A program made the translations under genes and the position numbers. The notes below the pieces were generated by a model that was given only the letters and a program-made list of their open reading frames with translations, was not told the origin of the DNA and made no database searches. Below, one piece after another: positions 11,367 to 22,029 of a stretch of 64,000 nucleotides of DNA (the first letter of the stretch is position 1; each line of letters starts with the position of its first letter). The stretch is taken from assembly GCA_002269645.1 (NCBI GenBank), contig NIVC01002605.1:62001-126000 (forward strand), read 5' to 3'. Origin of the DNA: Macrostomum lignano (taxonomy: Eukaryota).

Positions 11367-13277
11367 ATGGCAGCGAAGAAAAGTGTGAACGACACTTCTG
11401 AAGCCATTAGCGGTGACCATTCAGGTGCTGCTGGTGCACAAGTTTTTTCTGCTGGAGGTTTTTTTGTGGAATCATGCATATCAACTAATCTCTTCGTGAA
11501 TCACTTTGATACAAGAACTTGTAAACTTAAGCCTTCTTGGTTGGATCAAGTCATTTATCCACTGTTAAGACAGCATGGTGAGTATTGTCAGTTCTCAGTT
11601 AATAAGGTTAGACTGCGTGCATTTAAGCGCCATAGGAAGGACTGCAGTTTTCTTTGGATGCGCCTAGTCTGTGCCGAAGGCTCTGGTTGCAGTATGGCAT
11701 TCGTCGTCACCTTAAACAAGGCGCCGACTGATGGGCAGTCCTCTACACTGACGCTACGAAGAATCTCAGAGCACTCGGGGCATGATGTTCCATCAAGTTG
11801 TTCCTCTTATCGCTATCTGTGGCAACGAGGTTCACAAGAGTGCCGTAACTTTGTTTTATCTCAGGCCACCAACCCTGCTGCCAAGCCAACGCAGATCTAT
11901 GTGAAAGCAATCGAGCTGTTTGGTAGCGAAGCATGCTCTCTATCTGCTGTCCGTACAACTGTTAGTCGGACAAAAGCTGCCGACGACAAGTCTCCAGACG
12001 ACATAAGAGATTTAAGACTCCAAATGAAAGACTGGAAGTTGACTATAAACGAGGATGGAGTCATTAGCGGCTATATCCAAAAGATTGACGTTGCACCAGT
12101 TAGTGTGATTCTCCATACCTCCATGCAGTTGGATTTGCTTCGCGACGTGCTGAAAGGCAATCAGCTTGCTCCTCTCCACTTAGACGCCACCGGCGGAATT
12201 GTGCGACAGACCCAGAACGTGCCGAGCACTGTACTTCTGTGCAGTGCTGTTGTTGCAACCCCGGATATAAAGAGAACAGCTTTATCAGAAAGCATCATGG
12301 AGGTCACGCGCTCGGAAAATGTGTCCAGTTGGCTAATGCATTTTTTAGCAGATTTCGCTCGTCACTGCAACATAGGACTGTGGGAACTACCCAAGAAAGG
12401 TCCGCAAATCTACGTGTCTGACTTTAGCTGGGTTTTCATTCATGGTATTCTCCGAGCCGCATGCACGACCTGTGTTACAGACTACCTGCGTGTACAGTAC
12501 AATCGACTTCGGAGTGCTGATCTGAAGCCACCTGAATCTCCTGTTGTGTTTATCTGTAGCTCGCATTTGCTGCGCGCTGTTGCCAGGACTTTGAAGTCAC
12601 CAGATAAAATCGATAAGGTTACTTATCGCGAGTTCATGCTCTCTTTTGCACTATTAGTGACGTCGAAAACTTTGCGTTGCGCCCAAGCTGTTTGGAAGGC
12701 AATGGTCGAGGTGTTTACCTCCAGGCGGGTAAATCCTGCCACTTTGAAGGCTTTACAAATTCTACATGGTAGGTTCGACTTCAGTTCGTTGGAGATTCCT
12801 GATGAAAACCAAGTGGCTGAAGATTCTGCTAATGTCTCAAATGCAGTGCAAGAAGACGTCGCATTGGCTGAATTGGAGACTGGACTACGAGCCTCATCAC
12901 CTTTTGCGAAGTACTTCAACGATTTGACAAGCGAAGTGACAGCAAGCGATGGCAATGGCGTGCTGAACAATCTTTTCTACCCTCAGGCTGTTCAGGTTGT
13001 ATTGCGAAAGTGGATGCCACTGTTTCCTCTTTGGAGTGTGGCAGTGTTTGGAGGAAATCGTAGCGCACACGTGACCAACGCCGCTGTTGAATCATGGTTC
13101 AGCTGGTGCAAAAGCGAAGCACTGCCTTCTCCAAGTTCTCGGCTCAGGTTACCAAGATTTGTCCGTGCGCAACTAACAACCGTAAAACTGCAACTGAAGC
13201 GGTTGCAGCACGAGCAACATCCAATTCGCCCCCAAAGCGTGCTAGAGGACGCAAATGTGGCTTTGATGCTCCGTTAA
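11367..13277 (+). CDS. MULE (Mutator/NOF-like) DDE transposase
   Basis: 636-aa ORF; N-terminal C..C..HxxH zinc-finger-like region (CAEGSGC...EHSGH); LHLDATGG (D), YVSDFSW (D), ICSSH (CxxH), TNAAVESWF (E). Confidence 0.88.
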   Translation: MAAKKSVNDTSEAISGDHSGAAGAQVFSAGGFFVESCISTNLFVNHFDTRTCKLKPSWLDQVIYPLLRQHGEYCQFSVNKVRLRAFKRHRKDCSFLWMRLVCAEGSGCSMAFVVTLNKAPTDGQSSTLTLRRISEHSGHDVPSSCSSYRYLWQRGSQECRNFVLSQATNPAAKPTQIYVKAIELFGSEACSLSAVRTTVSRTKAADDKSPDDIRDLRLQMKDWKLTINEDGVISGYIQKIDVAPVSVILHTSMQLDLLRDVLKGNQLAPLHLDATGGIVRQTQNVPSTVLLCSAVVATPDIKRTALSESIMEVTRSENVSSWLMHFLADFARHCNIGLWELPKKGPQIYVSDFSWVFIHGILRAACTTCVTDYLRVQYNRLRSADLKPPESPVVFICSSHLLRAVARTLKSPDKIDKVTYREFMLSFALLVTSKTLRCAQAVWKAMVEVFTSRRVNPATLKALQILHGRFDFSSLEIPDENQVAEDSANVSNAVQEDVALAELETGLRASSPFAKYFNDLTSEVTASDGNGVLNNLFYPQAVQVVLRKWMPLFPLWSVAVFGGNRSAHVTNAAVESWFSWCKSEALPSPSSRLRLPRFVRAQLTTVKLQLKRLQHEQHPIRPQSVLEDANVALMLR

Positions 13278-13369
13278 ACCCACCTGGAGATCCCTGGAAA
13301 AGGTCAGGAGCCTCAAAAAGACGAAGAACCAGCTTCATTCAATCGGCATTATCAATTCCGCCAGCCGTT

Positions 13370-13780
13370 GCACCCACGACCTGTACTCTAGCTGCGCCTG
13401 CTGCAAGTGGGTCTCGCTTGGGCAGCCAGCCCGTCATTGTCCAGGTTCGGCCTGCTATTGCACCCACGACCTGTACTCTAGCTGCGCCTGCTGCAAGTGG
13501 GTCTCGCTGGGCAGCCAGCCCGTCATTGTCCAGGTTCGGCCTGCTATTGCACCCACGACCTGTACACTAGCTGCGCCTGCTGCAAGTGGGTCTCGCTGGG
13601 GCAGCCAGCCCGTCATTGTCCAGGTTCGGCCTGCTATTGCACCCACGACCTGTACACTAGCTGCGCCTGCTGCAAGTGGGTCTCGCTGGGGCAGCCAGCC
13701 CGTCATTGTCCAGGTTCGGCCTGCTATTGCACCCACGACCTGTACACTAGCTGCGCCTGCTGCAAGTGGGTCTCGCTCGG
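13370..13780 (+). repeat. 90-bp coding-type repeat (APTTCTLAAPAASGSRLGSQPVIVQVRPAI), ~4.5 copies, one copy 89 bp
   Basis: Unit starts at 13370, 13460, 13549, 13639, 13729. Confidence 0.9.
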
Positions 13781-14378
13781 GCATTTCACCTGCACCAACA
13801 GCACAGAATACCACCTGTCACAGCCTACCAGATGAGCAAATTGTGAGTGATGAAATTGCATTTTTTCAGTTTAGAAATACCTTCAGTCAACCCTTGTATT
13901 GGTTTACGTATTGTGTATGCGCCGTACACTCACTCCGCCACAATTTGCGTCTCCCACTAGATCTGTCGTAGTAATGTATGTGCCATGTCTCAGCAACTTG
14001 TGGGTAAGGTGCAACCTTATCAATCAACTCTCTTTGTAGGCCTCCTCCGTCTCGACTGGCACAGGTATTTATATTGCACAATCCAACATGTTCCGTATGA
14101 TGCACGTCTCTGTTACGTGATTGTTCTCTGATTAGAGATCTAAAGTTTATGATTCTATCATTTTTTTGCTTTTCGTGTCACCGATTATGCCCTTTTAAGT
14201 TTTACTAATTTCCATGAATTAGCATTCAACATGTTGCTTTCCATAAGTATTTGTACTTTTAAGTTTCGTTTCTTTTGCTTACGTCGAGGCGCCATTTTTT
14301 GTTGTTAAATGGATGTGACTGGGCTGTTCACTGGGACATTTTGATGGTAAATTCGTTCCTAACCGCCAATTTTATTAG

Positions 14379-14710
14379 GACGCGCCGACACTGCAGTGTC
14401 ATTTCCTGCACTATCGCCACGGTCGCCAGAGGGGCTACCGAATCCGACGGGCACGTATTGTGCTTTCAATGCCGCCAGTCAATGCTTGGTTGCAACATTA
14501 ACGAGCGCACTATCGTGTGATGCAGATTCACCACTTGCATTGTTCCTTAACTGCCTAATGACAGGCAAAGACGTTCTGTTGCTGCATTCAGCCGCGTTTC
14601 AGTGGTGCAGTAAAGCATTTCATATGGATCCTATGGCACAAAACTGTGCCTTAGAGTTTCTGACCGGAATGCTGTTTCTTTCTGAGCTCAAACTGCGATT
14701 CAGCTGCGAG
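14379..14710 (+). CDS. Transposon-borne ubiquitin-specific protease (peptidase C19), Cys-box exon
   Basis: GLPNPTGTYCAFNAASQCL matches the USP Cys box; ttattag acceptor, GAG|GTAAGG donor. Confidence 0.82.
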
Positions 14711-14931
14711 GTAAGGGTGAACGGTTTATTAAGTTTATGACTATTTAAATGCGTTTTAGTAAAGTGATTTAAGCCTGCATCCTGAATCTAAATTTATTTG
14801 TAAGTTACCTTCGAAGACAGTATATACTTTGCTGGAAGGCAAAGAATACCTTTCAATCGCGCTTCCACTGTGTGTTGGTCTTCACAGTTGCACCATGAGT
14901 ACTGTTCCTATCCATCTTTTTTATTTCGTAG

Positions 14932-15459
14932 ATTTCTACAACTTTGAGTTGTTCCGCCTGTTTCAAAGTGACACGACTGCTACCTAGAGACACGGCAACT
15001 ATTCTACGTTTATCAATTCCTGATCACGACGACTCGCTTGATTTCCCGGCACTCATTAGACAGTCACTGTTTTCTACTCAAGACCACACCGACATCCGTT
15101 GTCCGACTTGCGACGTCGGGGGGTGCAGCTATGCACAAACACTTGCAACAACGTCGGAGCACATATGCATGGGAATTAGCCGAGTCTCTGTCAAGCGCAG
15201 AAAGGGACAAACTGTACTATTCGAGAAGAACACTAAAGTTGTACCCATCGAGATGAAGCTTACTTTGAGTGGCAGAAGCTACAAGCTTCGTGCAGCCATC
15301 GTTCACATTGGTAGTCGCGTGAATAGTGGTCACTATATTGCATACGTATTCTGTGGCCGCACTAGCTACTGTGTCAGTGATTTGACTGTACGAAAAGTAT
15401 CTTTGTCAGCGGCATTCAATGACGTGAAGCGAAACTGCTGCGCTCTTTTTTACGGCTAA
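14932..15459 (+). CDS. Transposon-borne USP, His-box exon
   Basis: In phase with previous exon (ttcgtag acceptor); CSAC and CPTC zinc pairs; YKLRAAIVHIGSRVNSGHYIAYV His box and CVSD Asp motif. Confidence 0.85.
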   Translation: MSTTLSCSACFKVTRLLPRDTATILRLSIPDHDDSLDFPALIRQSLFSTQDHTDIRCPTCDVGGCSYAQTLATTSEHICMGISRVSVKRRKGQTVLFEKNTKVVPIEMKLTLSGRSYKLRAAIVHIGSRVNSGHYIAYVFCGRTSYCVSDLTVRKVSLSAAFNDVKRNCCALFYG

Positions 15460-16301
15460 CGTGCTGGTGATCTCCGTGTTATTAACATAATGTGGACGGT
15501 TTACTTATTTTCTTGAGTTTATTCGTGTTTGTAATGGTCTCATGCCGTTGAAAGTATAAATTCATAACTGATGATCGTGCTGTGTAATGTATTTATAACA
15601 AAAACTTTTAACTGTGTTGAAAAGGTCTACATATATACATGTACGGATTTGCATTTTATAGTTTACCGCCATTTTAATTCTCTATTTTTCTGTATGCGCT
15701 AAAAGCTGGGACTAAACGCCGTTAGTAAACCGTTTAGACAACGTGAGTTCTAAAACTTATAGTGTCAACTATATACTCTTTTCTTGCAGCTAAATACTCT
15801 CCATTTGAGTATAATCGTAATTGTTTTTGGCCTGTGAAACCTGTACACCTGTCACTTATCACTTAGGCCAATAAATGTCACAAAAGAAAAAATTGTTCAA
15901 CGAAATACGTGCCATGAAACATTCCTTTGCTTTATTTATCCGAAAGAATTTATTTCAACACAAGGACTGACAACTAATACGGGTAAAGGAAATGAAACTG
16001 TTCAAATATAAGTATAAACTACAATTAATCGTTCAAGGAAGTATAGATTAAAAACCACATAAGATACTTGTCTCATAGTTACTACTACGCTGAAGTCATT
16101 CAACTACATACTTTGTTGCAATGAAAATTGTTGCATGGTACAATAGATAAGCCAATAAGCTATACGAACGGTATGACTTTGTTTAATGCTCGAATACCAG
16201 CGTTCTTATTTTCGTGCAAAAGAAGCTGGCAAACTCGCATAACGAACTCGCAAACTGAACAGACACGCATCCGATATTCCGTCACGCATCATCCTAGTCT
16301 G

Positions 16302-17441
16302 TTACTCATGCCTCGTTCGCGAGCGCAATGACATCGCTGGTTGGACCGACCTTAAAGATCTCTGGGGCCTCTGCGATCTCCGACGCATTGGTTTTAGTGG
16401 TCCAAGAGCGGGACACTCGTACTGTTGGGACTGCCGCTGTTCATCCAGCTCGAGCTGCCGCTGCTCCTCTGGCAGTGCGAGTTGCCGTTGGCCGTCCTGT
16501 ATCTGCGGATGCCGCTGTTCATCCAGCTCGAGCTGCCGCGGCTCCTCCTGCAGTGCGAGTTGCCGTTGGCCGTCCTGTATCTGCGGATGCCGCTGTTCAT
16601 CCAGCTCGAGCTGCCGCGGCTCCTCCTGCAGTGCGAGTTGCCGTTGGCCGTCCTGTATCTGCGGATGCCGCTGTTCATCCAGCTCGAGCTGCCGCGGCTC
16701 CTCCTGCAGTGCGAGTTGCCGTTGGCCGTCCTGTATCTGCGGATGCCGCTGTTCATCCAGCTCGAGCTGCCGCGGCTCCTGCAGTGCGAGTTGCCGTTGG
16801 CCGTCCTGTATCTGCGGATGCCGCTGTTCATCCAGCTCGAGATGCCGCTGCTCGTCTTGCAGCGCGTGCTGCCGCTGCTCCTCATCAGTTGGGCGTGATC
16901 GCCGCTGCATGAAACGCCGACGGTGCACAGTCGATTGTAGCTGACTGAAGCCGCGCGAGACAACGAGCAGAGAACGAAGAACAGACACATCACATGAAGA
17001 AATAAGGAGCCGAAAGCTCTGCAAAACTTGCTTCCGCAGTCGCTTTGAACTTTGAAAATGGTGACCCGGAACCTCTCGACGTAGGACAACTGACTGCGTC
17101 AGATGTGGCTTAGTTACACGCTGCAGCCAAGCAATGCCATTACCACGGTGGTCTTTGTTTCCACAACCATATACACCGTGCAAAAATGCAACCTTGCTAG
17201 GATCGGTTATTAATTGGACAACAGACACTCGATCACGTCCGCACCTACGAAATCCGTCTCGCACACGGATATTAGAATGATTAAATGAACGTGTGCAAAC
17301 GCAAAGCCTCTGGCAAACCGACTGAATCGATAGTTCATCGCTGTTGTTGAACGTCACAATGACAGGAAGAGAAGGGCATGGTAGGACCGCACCTACACAA
17401 GGCAGAACAGCATCCGGTGGGCCTTGTAATAACTGGTCCAT
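16302..17441 (-). CDS. Uncharacterised transposon ORF (379 aa) with 26-aa Gln/Glu-rich repeats
   Basis: ~178 stop-free non-repetitive codons precede a 78-bp repeat (QLELDEQRHPQIQDGQRQLALQEEPR); no recognised domain. Confidence 0.5.
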   Translation of the reverse strand: MDQLLQGPPDAVLPCVGAVLPCPSLPVIVTFNNSDELSIQSVCQRLCVCTRSFNHSNIRVRDGFRRCGRDRVSVVQLITDPSKVAFLHGVYGCGNKDHRGNGIAWLQRVTKPHLTQSVVLRREVPGHHFQSSKRLRKQVLQSFRLLISSCDVSVLRSLLVVSRGFSQLQSTVHRRRFMQRRSRPTDEEQRQHALQDEQRHLELDEQRHPQIQDGQRQLALQEPRQLELDEQRHPQIQDGQRQLALQEEPRQLELDEQRHPQIQDGQRQLALQEEPRQLELDEQRHPQIQDGQRQLALQEEPRQLELDEQRHPQIQDGQRQLALPEEQRQLELDEQRQSQQYECPALGPLKPMRRRSQRPQRSLRSVQPAMSLRSRTRHE

Positions 17442-17568
17442 GAATATGGAAGAGTGCGATTTTAGTCATCAAAAGAGTCAGGAAAGATGGCAACATGGCA
17501 GAAGTATCCCAAGAGTTGTACAAAAAGAGAACCTAAAAGTTCCTACGAGTCTCGCAATTTAACATTCT

Positions 17569-19225
17569 TGGTATGGAGTTGGTATGGAGTTGGCATGCAG
17601 TTGGCATGTTGGTATGGAGTTGGTATGCAGTTGGTATGCAGTTGGTATGCAGTTGGTATGCAGTTGGCATACAGTTGGTATGGAGTTGGTATGCAGTTGG
17701 TATGCAGTTGGTATGCAGTTGGTATGCAGTTGGCATACAGTTGGTATGGTGTTGGTATACAGTTGGCATGTTGGAATATAGTTGGTATGGAGTTGGTATG
17801 CAGTTGGTATGCAGTTGGTATGCAGTTGGTATGGAGTTGGTATGCAGTTGGCATGTTGGTATGGAGTTGGTATGCAGTTGGTATGCAGTTGGTATGGTGT
17901 TGGTATGCAGTTGGCATGTTGGTATGGAGTTGGTATGGAGTTGGTATGCAGTTGGTATGGAGTTGGTATGCAGTTGGCATGTTGGTATGGAGTTGGTATG
18001 CAGTTGGCATGCAGTTGGTATGGTGTTGGTATGCAGTTGGCATGTTGGTATGTAGTTGGTATGCAGTTGGTATGGAGTTGGTATGGTGTTGGTATGCAGT
18101 TGGCATGTTGGTATGTAGTTGGTATGCAGTTGGCATGTTGGTATGGAGTTGGTATGCAGTTGGCATGTTGGTATGGAGTTGGTATGCAGTTGGCATACAG
18201 TTGGTATGGTGTAGGTATACAGTTGGCATGTTGGAGTATAGTTGGTATGGAGTTGGTATGCAGTTGGTATGGAGTTGGTATGGTGTTGGTATGCAGTTGG
18301 CATGTTGGTATGTAGTTGGTATGGAGTTGGTATGCAGTTGGTATGCAGTTGGTATGGAGTTGGTATGGTGTTGGTATGCAGTTGGCATGTTGGTATGTAG
18401 TTGGTATGCAGTTGGCATGTTGGCATGTTGACATGCCAACTGCATACCAACTACATACCCATGTATGTAGTACCAGTTGGTATCCATGTTGGTATGGAGT
18501 TGGTATGCAGTTGGTATGCAGTTGGTATGGTGTTGGTATGCAGTTGGCATGTTGGTATGGAGTTGGTATGGAGTTGGTATGCAGTTGGTATGGAGTTGGT
18601 ATGCAGTTGGCATGTTGGTATGGAGTTGGTATGCAGTTGGCATGCAGTTGGTATGGTGTTGGTATGCAGTTGGCATGTTGGTATGTAGTTGGTATGCAGT
18701 TGGTATGGAGTTGGTATGGTGTTGGTATGCAGTTGGCATGTTGGTATGTAGTTGGTATGCAGTTGGCATGTTGGTATGGAGTTGGTATGCAGTTGGCATG
18801 TTGGTATGGAGTTGGTATGCAGTTGGCATACAGTTGGTATGGTGTAGGTATACAGTTGGCATGTTGGAGTATAGTTGGTATGGAGTTGGTATGCAGTTGG
18901 TATGGAGTTGGTATGGTGTTGGTATGCAGTTGGCATGTTGGTATGTAGTTGGTATGGAGTTGGTATGCAGTTGGTATGCAGTTGGTATGGAGTTGGTATG
19001 GTGTTGGTATGCAGTTGGCATGTTGGTATGTAGTTGGTATGCAGTTGGCATGTTGGTATGGAGTTGGTATGCAGTTGGCATATTGGTATGGAGTTGGTAT
19101 GCAGTTGGCATATTGGTATGGGGTTGGTATGCAGTTGGTATGGAGTTGATATGGTGTTTGTATACAGTTGGTATACAGTTGGCATGTCAGTATGGATTTG
19201 GTATAGAGTTGGTATGCTATTGGTG
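17569..19225 (-). repeat. Modular satellite in right arm (inverted relative to 8470-11290, shorter)
   Basis: Reverse complement of the same units (gttggtatg..). Confidence 0.97.
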
Positions 19226-20604
19226 TGCAGTTGGCCACAATCTCACCTCTGGACACACATGTTAGAAGCTGTATTTAAATCTCAGTGTGCAACCTTTTTT
19301 ATATATAAGGTTGATATATATATATAAAACCTACATAAACATATTTCTCTGACACTAGTTACCAGATTTCTTAAAAACTAAAAACCTTCTATAGGTATCA
19401 GTTTCTAGAACAAAATTTTGATTAATGAATAAATGAAATGGCAAGTTTTTAAAGCAATTGTAACAAATAATTTAGGGATTTACTTTGGAAAGTCAGATTG
19501 GAGTTAAGACTAATTTTATTTGAGCTTCAACTTACAACAATTTTTAAGCTTACTGGCAAATTTACAATTAGAATTTTAAGAGAAAATAAACCTTGCCCAA
19601 AAGTATAAATCTATACATATTTTTTGTCAAACAAAAGCAAAAATATTTCAAATTATAAGCCTCTTTTCTTGGAGCATGCCAAAAATTCACTTTTTTCAAA
19701 TTTTGCCTTAAGTGATTCTTTTGTTTTATATTTAATGCCCACAATGGCTTTATTATATTCTATCCATATCTTTATCCTTCATTTCTATATAACACTTGAT
19801 AGGTTTATGTTTCCTGGTTTCTACATTGAAATATTTGTAGTGAACATTATTTTTTTCAAGTAAAGTAAATACTTTTCGATTTATCTAAGCAAATATATTG
19901 GGAATATAATATAGTCTTAAATAAAAGAGTATACAATTCTACACTATGTAGATTTTTTTATTTTTTAAGGCTGGCATGCTAAATCTAACTTCACGTGGGC
20001 ACTTTGAAATAGTAAAATGGAGAAAACAGTTATACCATAGGGTAATCTTCAACCTTGATCATTTTTATATGTTTAGATGTATACATGCATCCAAATTTTG
20101 ACGAAAAACCCTGATCCATACAACACAAATACTTCAGCATTGGAAAAGCAACAGTTTCTCTTTTAAAAAACCTTGCAACCCTAAGTGACAGTGTCACAAA
20201 TGTCCGAGACAAAACAATATGTTGCACGATTTAAAACGGATAGTTTTATTTTCCAATGATTCACTAAAAGCTTGAACTTTTAACTTCAACTAAAATGTAC
20301 AAATACTATTGTACAAATACCTTGTACGCTTTTAATACCTAATTGAACTATTTAGCACGCTGCAGCTAATCGTTGTACACGATGCATGCACGCACACTAC
20401 GCGATAAAAGCCATAATTTGAAAGTCTGGAACGAGTGCACAAAAACAAAATTGCAAAATTAAAACTATGCATGGACTGCTTTATTTCATTAAATATGAAT
20501 TAGGAAGTGTCCTAGACAAATTTAATGCTTGTTCCTAACCGTACGACAGAAAATAAAGTGTCTGTAGAAGTGTCTGAATAAGTGTCGGCGAATGTTTCAT
20601 ACGT
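19225..20604 (-). repeat. Right terminal inverted repeat, unique part
   Basis: Reverse complement of 7088-8470. Confidence 0.97.
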
Positions 20605-21536
20605 TTATTTTCTGTTTAAAATTAGCATAGCTCGATAATCAAGAAAGAAAACAGGAAGAGTTGAATAATTAATTGGTAATATAAGATTACACTTTTATAG
20701 AATATGGCTAAATAATTACTTTTAAACTAGATATCAGTTTGTTTTAACGAATAAAAACATTCAGAATCGCGTTTAAATGCTGTTTTAATTTTACTCGCAG
20801 ATTTGCGAGACTGTTTTTGGCTTTGGCTTTGAATTTTTTATAAGACTCATTACAAAAAGGCGCGGCCAGACTATGCATTGCTTGTAGATGCAATGTGTCA
20901 CGTGTAAATTACTGGTAAACTGGTCAACGAACTAAAAATGGCGAGATTTATAGTATATACAATATACATGGTGCACTATTAAAACTTTCGGTTTTTATTA
21001 TTTTGAATGCTTACACGAGCGCGCACTTAGTACATCGAGGAAGAAGCCCTACGGTAATAAAACATTGATAGCTTTGCACCGGTTAATCGGATATTGTTCT
21101 TTCGTTTTAAGAGCTGATATGACTCCATTTATCCCAAAGTAGCCATCTTGGTATAAACGACAGTGAAATAAAAATTAATCGACAAGACAGACAGAATCAA
21201 TCGCAGATGTAATCCAGAAAATACAATTGGAATAACCGCTGTTCGGGGTTATATTTTTCATTCCAATACCGAACAGGAATACAATCATCTAGAGGCAGAG
21301 TTCAAGCACCAACAGTACCACCTTAGAGAAGCTGTGCATCTAACCAGAAGCCAGGCATTTGAAATTAATTTTCACTTTAATAAATGCCAGAGATACAAAG
21401 ATTAGATCAGTCACAAAAATCACGGATCAATTTGAGAGCAAAATGCCAAGAGTTGTTACGAAGTGCAATAAAAAATCACCAAAAACCCCAGTCAATAGTT
21501 TGTTTTTTAAAGTAAATTGCAAGAATACCATAGTTT

Positions 21537-21914
21537 TCAAAATGCGGCATTAACAACTTCAAACCATTGTCGCAAGGCCTCGCTAAGCACGCTGGGCAAT
21601 TGAGCAATATCCCTAACCACCAGGTAGAATGGGAACGGGAACAGGTCCAGGTAGGGCACCAAGGTTACCCGTCTGGCGCCCTGAGCTTCGCGTACAAACT
21701 GCTGCGATCGAATGTCGTACACCGAGGCCCGGCCAGCCGGACTGTCCAGAATGACGCAGACGGGGAAAATCCGGGCCTCCCTGGCCAGCCGGAGGCAGCG
21801 CTCCACGCCGGGGTGCATGTGGTCAGAGAAGGTGCCGTCAGTCAGCACTAGCAGGAGTTGGGCGGCGCTGCTAGTGCGAGACTCGGCCAGCAGCTGGGTG
21901 GCCAGCGGCAGCAG
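21537..21914 (-). CDS. MDN1: Midasin terminal exon (MIDAS C-terminus)
   Basis: QLLLVLTDG...PYLDLFPFPFYLVVRDIAQLPSVLSEALRQWFE; stop TGA at 21537; ttgcag acceptor. Confidence 0.96.
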   Translation of the reverse strand: MLPLATQLLAESRTSSAAQLLLVLTDGTFSDHMHPGVERCLRLAREARIFPVCVILDSPAGRASVYDIRSQQFVREAQGARRVTLVPYLDLFPFPFYLVVRDIAQLPSVLSEALRQWFEVVNAAF

Positions 21915-22029
21915 CTGCAATGGCGGGGGAGAACCGAACGCACATGTGCACAGTATTAACTTGAGAGGCTGCGGAACTAACAAAGGATAGGGGATTAGCG
22001 CCGATTCTAGGGGTCAGTGGGGCTAGGGA

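Larger units (their letters stand above)
7088..20604. mobile_element. 13.5-kb Mutator/Foldback (FB-NOF-like) DNA transposon
   Basis: Termini acgtatgaaacattcgccgacac / gtgtcggcgaatgtttcatacgt; perfect 8-bp TSD ttattttc (7080-7087, 20605-20612); long inverted arms with internal satellites; MULE-type DDE transposase inside. Confidence 0.93.

Noticed and set aside
8442-11401. Very long ORFs (944, 962 and 839 aa) and their mirror ORFs at 17487-19327
   Set aside because: They are translations of the cataccaac satellite, whose composition lacks stop codons in all frames; there is no evidence of coding
8470-19225. Satellite arrays or intron minisatellites as CRISPR-like arrays
   Set aside because: No unique spacers between repeats, no cas genes, eukaryotic context
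20850-20950. Promoter-like motifs (gtcacgtg, aaaatggcg) between MDN1 and the Mutator element
   Set aside because: Short motifs expected by chance; no TSS evidence
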